Part shown: positions 50,419 to 60,930 of the stretch, one piece after another
How the letters are laid out: each line of letters starts with the position of its first letter
How positions within the stretch are numbered: position 1 is the first letter of the stretch
Source of the DNA: an uncultured delta proteobacterium
GTDB lineage: Bacteria; Desulfobacterota; Binatia; UBA9968
Length of the DNA stretch: 64,000 nucleotides
Direction of reading: 5' to 3'
Assembly (NCBI GenBank): GCA_963755715.1
Contig: CAVWLW010000026.1
Location: 101,910-165,909 of the forward strand
Position numbers and translations under genes: made by a program
The notes under the pieces: generated by a model
The model's database searches: none
Seen by the model: only the letters and a program-made list of their open reading frames with translations
What the model was told of the DNA's origin: nothing

Positions 50419-51491
50419 ATGACACCACAAGCGATATTAGAGCGAATCGCAAGTTGCACTGCGACTATTGCAACGATAATCGTATCTTCGTTATTAATCT
50501 CTGCCACGCACCGTATCGGCCCAGACGACGCCATTTTACAAAGACAAAACGATTCGCATCATCGTCGGCTTCACGTCCGGCGGTCTTTACGACCAGTACG
50601 CGCGCATCCTGGCGCGACATATGGGCAAGCACATTCCAGGAAACCCAAACATCATCGTTCAGAATATGCCCGGCGCCGGTTCGCTGAGCGCGACCAATTA
50701 CGTTTACGGCGTGGCGAAACCGGACGGCTTGACGTTGGGCATGCCGGGCAGCGGCATCTATCTCGATCAACTGCTCGAACGGAAGGAGGCGACGTTCGAC
50801 GTGCGCAAAATAGTTTGGCTGGGCAGCGTCGATCAGCGCGACTTGTTGCTTTACATGAGAGCCGAGGCGCCGTGGAAATCCATCGAAGACGTCATGAGCG
50901 CCAAGGAAGCGCCCAAATGCGGCTCCACCGGAACTTCGGATCTGACCACGATCGTGAACAATGTCTTGGAAGAAACCTTGGCAGTGAAGTTTCAGGAGGT
51001 GCGCGGCTATCCCGGCGGCGTCGAGATCGACTTGGCGTTGGAGAAAGGCGAGATTCATTGCCGCGGCACCGGCATCACGACTCACTTCGCGCGCGAGCCT
51101 TATTTCACTTGGCATAAAAACGGCTTCGATCGCCATCTCGTGCAGACGGGAAATAAAAAAGATCCTCGTCTAGCCGACGCGCCGACGTTGGTCGACCTCA
51201 TGGATAAAAAGAAAACGTCCTGCTTTCAGCCGCAGCGTCGCCAAAGTCATGCTGGTTTCCGCGACCTTGGGACGCCCGATGATCACCACCCCCGGCACAC
51301 CGGCGGATCGGATCAAGATCCTGCGCGACGCTTATTTGAAAGCGTTCAACGAGCCGGAGGTGGTTGAAGAGGCGAAGAAAACCAAGCTCGATCTCGCGGT
51401 GCTCCCCGGCGCAGAAGTCGAAACGCAAATTCGCGAGGTCATGAACCAGCCGAAGGATGTGATCGAGCGGGTCAAGAAGCTATCTGAATAG
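50419..51491 (+). CDS. TctC/Bug-family substrate-binding protein, frameshifts near 50530 and 51225
   Basis: GKHIPGNPNIIVQNMPGAGS, KPDGLT, GYPGG..ALEKGEI and PGTPADRIKILRDAY motifs. Confidence 0.82.
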
Positions 51492-51525
51492 CTGTGGCGT
51501 GTCTCGGTAACCATTCCGATAAGCG

Positions 51526-51762
51526 ATGAAACCATTCGTTCGATACACCGCACTGGTTTTAGGAATTCTATTCGTCGCGGGAGCGGCGTTCGCTTGGTTC
51601 GACGTTTTGACGCATGAAAACATTCTGACCAACCCGGAATTGAAAACCGCCGGTGGATGGCTCATGACCGGACTCATGTTGCTCGCTCTTGGCGTGCGCG
51701 GTTGGCGCCGGCGTCAAGCCGACCCGAAGCCTCGTACGGAGCCGACTCGCCCGCCGGCTTAG
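51526..51762 (+). CDS. Small hypothetical membrane protein (two TM helices)
   Basis: Two hydrophobic segments and a basic/Pro-rich tail; fills the gap between convergent genes. Confidence 0.55.
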   Translation: MKPFVRYTALVLGILFVAGAAFAWFDVLTHENILTNPELKTAGGWLMTGLMLLALGVRGWRRRQADPKPRTEPTRPPA

Positions 51763-51763
51763 C

Positions 51764-52720
51764 TCATTTCCCCGACTCCAACTCCTTCCATACCTGGCGC
51801 GCAAAGGAAAAATCGCGCACGTCGTCGAGCGCCTTTTTCTTTTCGTTGCCCAGGCGCTCGAGGAAATTCTCCATGTCGCCGTCGTTCATGATGCCATCGC
51901 GGAGAATCGATTTCAGCTCGACGTCGTAGGAACGCGCGGCGATCTCCGGGGTCTGCTTGACCCACTGCAGCAGTATGCGAATGGTTTCCGGACGATTCTC
52001 TTCGATCAAGCGGTTCGCCTTGAGCAGCGCGCGCACGCCGCGTTTCACGAACTGCGGATTTTCTTTGATCAGGCGATCCGAAGTGATCATGCCCGACGCC
52101 GGCATGCCGACCTCCGGCGGTCCTGCCAACACCTTGCCGCCCATCTGTTGCGCCATCAGGTCGTGCGGTGGCGAGAGCGTCGTCACCTCCACCGCGCCGG
52201 TGATGACCGATTGCAAACGCACGAAGGTATCGCCCAAAGCCACCGGTTGGAGTTGCGCCGGATTGAAGCCCTTGGATCTCAACAACTCCTCTGCGACCAG
52301 ATGATCCGAGCCGCGGATACTCGACACGCCGAGCTTTTTGCCCTTCAACTCTTGTATATCTTTCACGCTCGGGTGGGCGATCAAATAGTAAACGCCTTTC
52401 TTGAATGCCACGACGACGATCTTCAAGGGAAACCCTGAGAGAATTCCGCGCACCGTGCTCACGAACGTCCCGGTAAACGAAACGTCGCCATTCATCAGCG
52501 CCATCACGCCGAGCCGCGGATTGGCTTGGATGATTTCCACGTCCATGCCTTCATCGCGGAAGAATCCCTTGCTCACCGCCACGTAAAACGACACCGAGGT
52601 GTTACTGCGGCTAGAGATGGATATGCGCACTTTCTGGATCTGCGCATGAGCGAGCGGCTGGCAGATCACGAGCCCAAGCAAAATCGCCGCCAGCAGAATC
52701 CATGTTGTCGGAGGCTTCAC
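51764..52720 (-). CDS. ABC substrate-binding protein, NMT1/SsuA family (paralog of 52817)
   Basis: RISISSRSNT..VAVSKGFFRDEG; C-terminus LDDVRDFSFARQ. Confidence 0.87.
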   Translation of the reverse strand: MKPPTTWILLAAILLGLVICQPLAHAQIQKVRISISSRSNTSVSFYVAVSKGFFRDEGMDVEIIQANPRLGVMALMNGDVSFTGTFVSTVRGILSGFPLKIVVVAFKKGVYYLIAHPSVKDIQELKGKKLGVSSIRGSDHLVAEELLRSKGFNPAQLQPVALGDTFVRLQSVITGAVEVTTLSPPHDLMAQQMGGKVLAGPPEVGMPASGMITSDRLIKENPQFVKRGVRALLKANRLIEENRPETIRILLQWVKQTPEIAARSYDVELKSILRDGIMNDGDMENFLERLGNEKKKALDDVRDFSFARQVWKELESGK

Positions 52721-52770
52721 GTTTGTCCCAACTTAATCATCCGAATGACTCTCGCCGAATCCGAAACCCA

Positions 52771-52794
52771 TTACTCCAACACTTCATCACTCCA
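52771..52794. repeat. Short tandem 8-mer repeat (nnACTyCA)
   Basis: TTACTCCA ACACTTCA TCACTCCA. Confidence 0.4.
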
Positions 52795-52816
52795 TTTTTC
52801 TATTCTCCGACTCTCC

Positions 52817-53785
52817 TCACTTCCCAGCCGCCAATTCCTTCAGCGCCTGGCGCGCAAAGGAAAAATCCCGGACCTCATCCAGGGGCCGCTTTTTATCTGC
52901 TAGCCGATCCATTTGAAACTCGATCTCCGCGTCGGTCATTTGGCCGTCTTTTGACAGCGTTTTGAGTTCAATATCGTAGGATCGCGCCGCGATCTCGGCC
53001 GATTGCGGCACGAATTTGGTCATGATGCGGATCGTTTCCTCTCGGTTCTCGCCAATAAACCGATTCGCCTTCAAGGTCGCTCGGATGGTGCGCCGCAACA
53101 CTTCCGGATTTTCTTTGATGGATCGATCCGAAGCGAACAGGCCCGAAGACGGCACGCCGATTTCAGGCGGACCGGAAATGGCCTTTAAGCCCTTTTGTTC
53201 GAGCATTAAATCATACGGCGGTGGCACCGAAACAGCCTGCACCACACCGGTGACGGCCGCTTGAAACCTTAGCGACGGGTCACCTACGGCGATCGCTTGA
53301 ACCAGGTTCGGATCCAGTCCTTTCATGCGCAGCAGCTCCCGGCCGATGATGTGATCGCCGCCGTTGACCGCGGTCACGCCCAATTTTTTGCCTTTCAGAT
53401 CTTGAATGTCTTTGATGAGATCCGGGCGCACCATCAAATAATACGTGCCCTTTTTCAGAAGAATGAAAACCGTCTTCATCGGCAGCCCCTGCACGATGCC
53501 GCGAAAGGTGCTGACGAAGGATGTCGTGAACGTCACGTCGCCGTTCAACACCGCCATGGCGCCGAGGCGAGGATTGATTTGGATGAATTCGACTTCCAAC
53601 CCCTCGTCTTTGAAGAAACCCTTCGCTTGAGCCACGTAGTACGAAGCGTTGGTGTTGCTTCGGCTCGACAGCGAGATACGGATCTTTTGGCTCTGCGCGT
53701 TGGTGTATTGGTCAGCGCAAAAGAGAACGCTTAAAAAAACCGCCAGTCGTATCAAACGACACTTGTGAAATCGCATCGAATTCAT
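52817..53785 (-). CDS. ABC substrate-binding protein, NMT1/SsuA family (paralog of 51764)
   Basis: RISLSSRSNT..VAQAKGFFKDEG, LDEVRDFSFARQ; AAGGAG RBS. Confidence 0.87.
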   Translation of the reverse strand: MNSMRFHKCRLIRLAVFLSVLFCADQYTNAQSQKIRISLSSRSNTNASYYVAQAKGFFKDEGLEVEFIQINPRLGAMAVLNGDVTFTTSFVSTFRGIVQGLPMKTVFILLKKGTYYLMVRPDLIKDIQDLKGKKLGVTAVNGGDHIIGRELLRMKGLDPNLVQAIAVGDPSLRFQAAVTGVVQAVSVPPPYDLMLEQKGLKAISGPPEIGVPSSGLFASDRSIKENPEVLRRTIRATLKANRFIGENREETIRIMTKFVPQSAEIAARSYDIELKTLSKDGQMTDAEIEFQMDRLADKKRPLDEVRDFSFARQALKELAAGK

Positions 53786-53912
53786 GAGTCGCTCCTTCCG
53801 CACCTCACGTCCAACTAAAAATAGGTCAGCGTGCCATTGAGCGTCAAGCAGAATCGGCGCGTGGATTTCGCTATTTACACGCTGGCGCCATTTGGAATAG
53901 AGTCTGGACGAC

Positions 53913-54935
53913 ATGAAGCAACTAGGCATCCTTGCGTTTCTAGTTGTACTGTTCGAAGCCAGCGCCGTCGCCAATCCCTACCTACTCAAGCCTGGCGAGC
54001 CGCCAACGAAACTTCGGGTAGCGACCTCGGCGGTCACCGGCGGCTTTGTGCATTTCTACAGCGGCCTCGATTACGGGATTTTTGAAAAGTACGGCCTTAA
54101 ATGCGAACACGTCTATATCCGCGGCCAATCGCCGGCGCTCGCCGCCCTGGCGAACGATCAGGTCCAGTTCAACTACGGTGCGGCTGATGGCAGCTTGCCC
54201 GGCTTGGCCGCCGGCGTCGATGCCAAGTTTGTCGCCTCGCCCTCGGTCAAGCTCCCTTACGTCATGGTCGCGCGTAAAGAGATTCGCCGGCCCGAAGATC
54301 TCAAAGGAAAATCCATCGGCGTCACCCGGCCTGGCGACTTGAGCGCGCGCCTGTCGCGGCAGGTCGTGAGAAAATTCGGCCTGACAACCGATGAGGTGAC
54401 TATTCATCCCATCGGCGGCAGTCAAACCGAGCGCTATCAAGCCATGGTCGGCAACGTCGTTCAAGCGATCCTCGTCACGCCGCCGCTTGATATCCGCGCT
54501 AAAAGCGACGGCTTCAATATTATCTACCGGTTGATCGACCTAGAGATTCCGTTCATCTACAGTTCCCTGATCACCAACTACAAAATGCTGCGCGAGCGGC
54601 CCGAAATCGTGCAGCGCATGGTCGCCGCGCTCGCCGAGACGGTCTACTTCGTCGAGAAAAATCCCGACAAGGCCAAAGCGGCCATCGCCAAAGCGATGCG
54701 CGTGAAAGACGAAGAGGCGCTGCAATCGTCGTACAACGTGTACGCCAAGGAAATCGTCGACCGCACCATGGTCGTGCCGGGTAAATCCGTCAGCGAAGCT
54801 GTAGATATCGCCCGCGAAACCGGAACCCTGGTCAGAAGAAAACCGGAAGAACTCTACGACAACAGCTTCGTCAATAATTTAGAAAAAAGTGGCTTCCTCA
54901 AAGAGCTTTGGGGGAATGAAAACTATCGGCGATAA
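53913..54935 (+). CDS. ABC substrate-binding protein, NMT1/SsuA family (paralog of 55089)
   Basis: NPYLLKPGE, GIFEKYGL, DLKGKSIG and YDNSFVNNLEKSGF motifs. Confidence 0.87.
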   Translation: MKQLGILAFLVVLFEASAVANPYLLKPGEPPTKLRVATSAVTGGFVHFYSGLDYGIFEKYGLKCEHVYIRGQSPALAALANDQVQFNYGAADGSLPGLAAGVDAKFVASPSVKLPYVMVARKEIRRPEDLKGKSIGVTRPGDLSARLSRQVVRKFGLTTDEVTIHPIGGSQTERYQAMVGNVVQAILVTPPLDIRAKSDGFNIIYRLIDLEIPFIYSSLITNYKMLRERPEIVQRMVAALAETVYFVEKNPDKAKAAIAKAMRVKDEEALQSSYNVYAKEIVDRTMVVPGKSVSEAVDIARETGTLVRRKPEELYDNSFVNNLEKSGFLKELWGNENYRR

Positions 54936-54988
54936 GATTCAATCGACCGATCCTCGTTGAATCCTTCGCAACGAAGCCCGTCAACATT

Positions 54989-55023
54989 CCTCCCTTTGGC
55001 AAAGGGAGGCCAGGAGGGATTTT
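54989..55023. repeat. CCTCCCTTT-N3-AAAGGGAGG..GGAGGGATTT palindromic element
   Basis: Same family as 17192-17225. Confidence 0.55.
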
Positions 55024-55051
55024 CTGTGAGCTGCAGAAATGATCCGCGCTG

Positions 55052-55081
55052 TTTACAAGCAACCGCGATTTGTCATAAATT
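55052..55081 (+). promoter_or_regulatory. Sigma70-type promoter of a probable leaderless mRNA
   Basis: TTTACA(55052)-N18-TAAATT-N7-ATG(55089). The paralog has TTTACA(53874)-N18-TAGAGT-N9-ATG(53913). Confidence 0.5.
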
Positions 55082-55088
55082 CCGCCGC

Positions 55089-56147
55089 ATGAAAGCGACA
55101 TCCATTGTCTTCGTCTTCCTGATTCTTTTGGCCGAGACCGTTGCTCTCGCCAATCCTTACTTACCCAAGCCGGGCGAGAAAACCCTTTCGATGCGCGTGT
55201 CCACCTGCGCCGTGTCGGGTGGATTCGTGCATCTCTACACCGCCCTCGACAACGGTTTGTTCGATAAATATGGCATCAAGTTGGAAAATATTTTTATCCG
55301 CGGCGGCGCCCAAAACCTCACCGCGCTCGCGACCGACGAAGTCCAGTTTACCTACTGTGCTTCCGACGCGATCATTCCGGGCATGGCGGCAGGGCTCGAC
55401 GTGAAGATCGTCGCATCGCCGCTCGTGAAGCTGCCCTACGTTTTGATCACTCGAAAGGAGGTGAGACGACCGGAAGATCTAAAGGGCAAAGCTTTGGGAA
55501 TCGCGCGCGCCGGCGACTTGAGCGATCGGCTTTCGCGCGCGGTGGTGAAGAAACTGGGCTTGGCTCCCGAAGCAGTGACGATCCGGCCCATCGGCGGCAG
55601 CCAAGGCGAGCGCTATCAAGCGATGGCGGCAGGAATAGTCCATGGGGTGATCATCACACCGCCGCTCGATGTGCGCGCCAAGAACGAAGGCTACAACGTC
55701 ATGTACCGCCTGATCGATCTGAATATCCCGTTCATCTACAGCTCACTGCATACCAGTTATAAAATGCTGCGCGAAAAACCGGAAATCGTCCAGCGCATGG
55801 TCGCCGCCTTGGCCGAAATCGTCTACTTCGTCGAGAAAAATCCCGATAAGGCCAAAGCATCCATCGGTAAAGCCATGCGCACCAACGATCAACAGGCCCT
55901 GCAATCCGCCTACGACGTCTATGCGAGAGAAATCCTCGACCGCACGATGGTCGTCCCCGGCAAAGCGGTCGCCGAAACCATCGAGCTCGCCCGCCAGGAT
56001 GGCGCTCCGATCCGCAGAAAGGCCGAAGAGATCTACGACAACAGCTTCGTCAACAATCTGGAAAAGAGCGGCTTCATGAAAGAAATCTGGGGCAGCGAGA
56101 ATTACAAGCGCTCGAGCCGTGTTTTCAAACTTCAAATTAGCCGGTAG
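55089..56147 (+). CDS. ABC substrate-binding protein, NMT1/SsuA family (tandem paralog of 53913)
   Basis: NPYLPKPGE...YDNSFVNNLEKSGFMKEIWG. The true stop is probably near 56113, by analogy to the paralog. Confidence 0.87.
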   Translation: MKATSIVFVFLILLAETVALANPYLPKPGEKTLSMRVSTCAVSGGFVHLYTALDNGLFDKYGIKLENIFIRGGAQNLTALATDEVQFTYCASDAIIPGMAAGLDVKIVASPLVKLPYVLITRKEVRRPEDLKGKALGIARAGDLSDRLSRAVVKKLGLAPEAVTIRPIGGSQGERYQAMAAGIVHGVIITPPLDVRAKNEGYNVMYRLIDLNIPFIYSSLHTSYKMLREKPEIVQRMVAALAEIVYFVEKNPDKAKASIGKAMRTNDQQALQSAYDVYAREILDRTMVVPGKAVAETIELARQDGAPIRRKAEEIYDNSFVNNLEKSGFMKEIWGSENYKRSSRVFKLQISR

Positions 56148-56162
56148 TCCGGCAAATTTCCG

Positions 56163-57259
56163 TCATAAGGCATCTGCCGGAATCACGGCGCAGCGCGCCG
56201 GATCGCACGGAGACGAATAGTTTCTGTCCTTCGGTAGTTTCATCGTACGGATCGACTTTGGCGCGCAAAGAAAACCCGCCGCACGAAATCTCGCAGTCGT
56301 TGAAATCTCCCAGAAATACTTTTTCATTGAGCGCGCCGCTCCAGGTATTCTTTTGCGACCCAGGCGCTAGGCTCGAGAGCCGCAAGCTTTCGGGGCGCAC
56401 GAGGACCAACACGTTGCCGTGGGTCAACGCCGGCTCGGTGCCGCGACAGAGAATCTGGCCGAACGGCGCTTGGATGATCATCGCCCCGTCTTCTTCACCG
56501 ATGATTTGTCCCGGGATGATGTTGGTGAGACCGATAAAATTTGCGGCAAATTGGGTCCTGGGATGCAGGTAGATATCCCTGGGCCTGCCGATCTCGACAA
56601 TCTTGCCCGCGTTCATCACCGCGATCTGATCGGAGATCGTCAGCGCCTCGATTTGATCGTGGGTGACATACAGCGAAGTAATTCGAATCCGCTTCTGCAG
56701 CGCGCGGATGCCCGACCGCATCTCTTCGCGCAGCTTGGCGTCCAGATTGCTCAGCGGCTCATCGAGCAGCAGCACTTCCGGATCGCCAGCCAAGGCCCGC
56801 GCCAGCGCCACCCGCTGCTGCTGGCCTCCGGAAAGATTCGGCGACGGTCTATTTTCGAGATCCAGGAGCCCCACCGTTTCGAGTGCGCTGCGGGCGCGAT
56901 CCTTCGCTTCAACGCGCGAAAAGCCCTTGCTCCTCAGCGGATAGTAGACGTTTTGCAAAACCGTCATGTGCGGCCAGATGGCGTAGGATTGGAAGACCAT
57001 GCCGATGTTGCGCTTGTTGGGCGGCACCGCCAAGCGCAGATTCTCGGCAAACACGACTTTATTTCCGATGGCGATTTCACCGCCGGTCGGGAATTTCCAG
57101 GCCGGCAATGCACCTGAGCGTCGTCGTCTTGCCGCAGCCGCTGGGTCCGAGCAGCGTAAACAGCTTCCCCGCCGGAACTGTGAATGAAACCCCGTCGACG
57201 GCTCTCACCTCTTTGGCGCCGTCGTAAAATATTTTGCTCAGATTGTTTGCGGTGATCAC
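56163..57259 (-). CDS. ABC transporter ATP-binding protein (PotA/FbpC-like, with TOBE domain), frameshifts near 57095 and 56205
   Basis: Walker [39 protein letters not shown] and YVTHDQ motifs. Confidence 0.9.
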
Positions 57260-57263
57260 GTCG

Positions 57264-58960
57264 CTATCTCTCGTGTACCGAAAACTGCGTCGCAAAGATC
57301 CGCGTGCCGAGCGCCACCAGGCTCAAGGCGCCGATGAGGATCACGCCGAGAGCAGACAGCTCGGAAAAATCGCCGGATTCGTAGAAGCCATATATCACTA
57401 CGGGGAGCACTTCGGTACCCAGATGGCTCAACAACACCGGTAGCGACAGCGCCTTGAAGGTGAGCGCTAAAACATAGAACCACCCCGCTGCCACACCCGG
57501 TAGTATCAGCGGCAAAACCACGCGGACAAAAGTTCTGGGCCAGGATGAGCCCGAAATGATCGACGCTTCTTCGAGCTCGGGATGGAGTTGCAACAGCGCG
57601 GTGTGACAGGCGCGCAGCGCTATGGGGACGTATTTGGTCACGTAGGCGATCACCAAAATCCACAAGGTCCCGTAGAGTGGAATAGGCAGGGTCAGATAGA
57701 CCCACAGCAGCGCCAGGCCGATGACGATCCCCGGAAAGGCCATGGGGGTGAAAGCGACAATGTCGAGAAGTTTTCGTCCACGCAGTTTTGTCCGCACCCC
57801 GACCCAGGTCACCGCCGTCCCGAGCACCACTGCCGCCGTCGCGCTTATGACGCCAACGACAATGTTGTTGAACAGAGCTGTTGGAACAGTTCCATGCGCA
57901 GAACCGTGCGGTAGTAGTCGAGGCTGAACGACGCAACAACATCCCACGACGGTCTTTTGTAAATCGGCAGCACCGACGTTAGGGCGATGATCAGAAAGGG
58001 CAGAATCACTCCGGCGAAGAGAATCCCCAACGCCAACGGCAGCGTGAGATAGCGCCAGCGGCCGAGTTGTAGGGTGCGCGGCCGGTAACCCTTTCCCGTG
58101 ATCGTGGCGTATTTTTCCGCCGACGCGGTAGCCCGCAGGTACAGCCCGACGCCGATCGAAGCCACCACCAGGTAAAAAATCGAGTAGGTTCCCGCCAGGT
58201 TATAATCGGGAGGATGAAACATGCGCAGAGCCAAGAAAATCTCGCTGGCATAAACTTTAACTTCCGCAGGTAAGCCGATTACAGCCGGCACCTCGAAGGT
58301 CTCGATGCCGCGCACGATGAGCAGCAGCAGCACGGCGAAAATCGTCGGCGTCAAAAGTTTCAAATTGACATGCCAAAAAGTACTGAAGGCGCCCATTCCC
58401 GAGGCGCGGCCCGCCTCTTCCAATGCCGGGTCCATTGAGCGTAACGAAGCGGCCAAGAGAAAAAACGGCAGAGTGATATTGTCGATGCCAAAAATCCAAA
58501 TCATCCCCGCCATCGAATAAATGTTGAACGGCGCCTGCGCTAAAAAAAAATTATCGATCAGCAATCGATTGATTAAGCCGATGGTCGGGCTGAGCAGAAG
58601 CACCCATGCGACCGTGGTCAGAATGCCGGGGATGACAAAGGGGAAAAGCGCCAGGCCGTAGATCACGCCCTTGAGCGGCGTGTCAGTTCTTTCCGTCACC
58701 CAGGCGAGAAAGCCGCCGAGAGCAAAGGATACCACCGCGGCGCCGACGGCGAACGTCATCGTACTGGCGGCTAATACGAAAATGCTCGCATCGCCATAGG
58801 CGCGGACGTAATTGGCCATGGTAAAAGAGGCGACCGTGCCGGGAGGGCCGTCGCGGAAAGTCCCATAAAGAATCATCCCCAAAGGGATCACGGTCAAATA
58901 AACCACGATCCCCACAAGAACCGCGAGCAGGATATTTTTGCCGACGACGAATTTAGCCAC
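57264..58960 (-). CDS. Iron(III)/AfuB-type ABC transporter permease (duplicated TM domain), frameshift near 57880
   Basis: [35 protein letters not shown] and [14 protein letters not shown] loops. Confidence 0.9.
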
Positions 58961-58974
58961 GGGCCGGACAGCGG

Positions 58975-59995
58975 CTAACGGTAGAAGGTTTTCTTCGCCA
59001 TCGCCGCGTAGTGGCTGTAGTTCTGGGCGGTGAGTTTGGGCTCGAGAAATTGAATCTTCAGCTCTTTGGTTTGCAGCGCCTTATGAAAGGGCTCGACATC
59101 GGGCTGACCGGGCACCTTACCCCAAGTGCGAATGATCTGGGCCCCTTCCTTGGACAGGTAGAAGTCGACGAACAGCCGCGCCGCGTTGGTATGGGGCGCG
59201 TTGCTCGATATCGCCAGACCGCCACGCAGCGCGACCAGCGGGTCGAAGGTCCTGATCCAATCCACCGGCGCGCCTTTCGCCTTCAGCACTTCTAGATGGT
59301 GCACGTAGGCCTGCGCCATCGGCGACTCCCCGGCGGCGAGCAGCTCGGCAATCTGGCTTGCGCCTCTTCGTAAAATGAGCTTTTGGCGCGCCATCCCCTC
59401 GGCCAATTTTGTCGCCTTCTCGACACCGAGCCTTTGCTCCCACCCCGCATAGAGACGATAATCAAGCACCTCGACGACAATTTTGCCTTGCCATTTCGGC
59501 TCGAGCAGATCGAACCATGATTTGGGCGCATCCTTAGCTGCCAAGAGCTTGGTGTTATTAGCCCATGACTTTGATCGTGTAGTCATCGGTGGTCCAGTAG
59601 CCTTCGGGATCCTTCATGTCGGGAGAAAACTTTTCGGCTGAGGGCGACTGATAACGCGCCACCAGGTTCTCGCGTTTGAACCGCTCCACGTCGAAATCGA
59701 GAACCCGGATGACGTCGGCAATGTATTTGCCGGCGCGCCGCTCGAAGAGAAACTTTTCCGCCAGCTCAGGCCCACCCGCGCGGATCGATTGCGCTCGGAT
59801 GAACGGGTATTTCTTCATGAAGGCGTCGAGCAGTACTTTATTGTCGGTCTGCGCCGTCGTTGTGTACCATACCAACTGGCCTTCCTTTTTCGCTCCGGCA
59901 ATCAGACTATCCTCTCCCTGGGCGAATGCCGGGACAGAAACCAACAACATGCCGATCGCTGCCAACACTGCGGCGGAAATTTTTTCCATGGCCAT
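58975..59995 (-). CDS. Extracellular solute-binding protein (AfuA-like), frameshift near 59562
   Basis: GAKKEGQLVWYTT, FMKKYPFI, PKSWFDLLEPKWQGK and NAPHTNAARLFVDFYLSKEGA motifs. Confidence 0.85.
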
Positions 59996-60019
59996 GGTCG
60001 ATCTCCGGTTATGAGTTGT

Positions 60020-60867
60020 TCATTCTGCCGCGCCGGTGATCTCCCACCAGTTGCTGTCCGGATCGCTCAACATGAAGAAAACCGAGCCTCCCCCATCGAA
60101 GACTTCCGTGAGCCCCGTAATCCCCGCTTCCTTGCCCGACTCCTTCAGCCAGCGGTGCGCGTCCTCCACCGCCCGAGCGGATTCCAGCGCCAACGTGAAA
60201 CGCTGATTGCGACCGAGAATTTTCTTCTCGCTCGCGGGAACCTGCAGGCTGACGATATACCAGGGAGTTGCCGGATGTTTGACATAGTGCGGTTTGGCAC
60301 TGGGCGACGGCGCCACGACGTCGAGGCCGAGCACCTCTCGGTAAAACTGCCGCGATCGATCGAGATCGTAGCACTCCATGGTGCCATGACTGAGCGCCTG
60401 CGGCACGTAGCCCCGGCCCGGAAACTTCTCCTCGGCGAGCAAGCTTTTCCAGTGCGGCAAGACGTTCTCCCCCATCCCGGCTTTGACGGCAAGCTCATAG
60501 GACTCGATCTCCCACCAGTTGCCGCCCGGTTCGAAGAAATGCACTGAGCGCGCGAAGTGGTGGTTTCTCGGTTTCATGATCTCGATTTGATATTGCTCCT
60601 TCATCTTTTCCAGATAGGCGTCGGCTTTTTCTATCTCGGCATTGGTCGCGACACGGACGCCGTAATGATTGCGCAGCGGTTTATCCGGAGCGTCGCTCCG
60701 CCCTCGTGAAAAATCAACAACCAATCGGTGTTGGGATGCTTGAGTGTCACCTCGCCGGCCTTTTCGTCGACCACCTCCAAGGCGAGAACGTCCGTGAGAA
60801 TCGGCACGGTCTGCTTGAGCGACCGGCACTCGTAGTGGCCGTTCGCGAGAGCAATGGGTTTGATCAT
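60020..60867 (-). CDS. Two-domain VOC (glyoxalase/bleomycin resistance/extradiol dioxygenase) protein, paralog 3, frameshift near 60695
   Basis: MIKPIALANGHYECRS joins NHYGVRVAT..SVHFFEPGGNWWEIESYE..SHGT..SDPDSNWWEI. Confidence 0.8.
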
Positions 60868-60930
60868 GACGATCCTCCTTCACGCCGTATGTCTGCTCAC
60901 AGAGTGGTTGAACGCGGGAACACGAGTCGG

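Noticed and set aside
3950-60700. Programmed ribosomal frameshifting or phase variation explaining the split genes
   Set aside because: No shared slippery heptamer or long homopolymer/SSR at the breakpoints, and the breaks are scattered across unrelated families.
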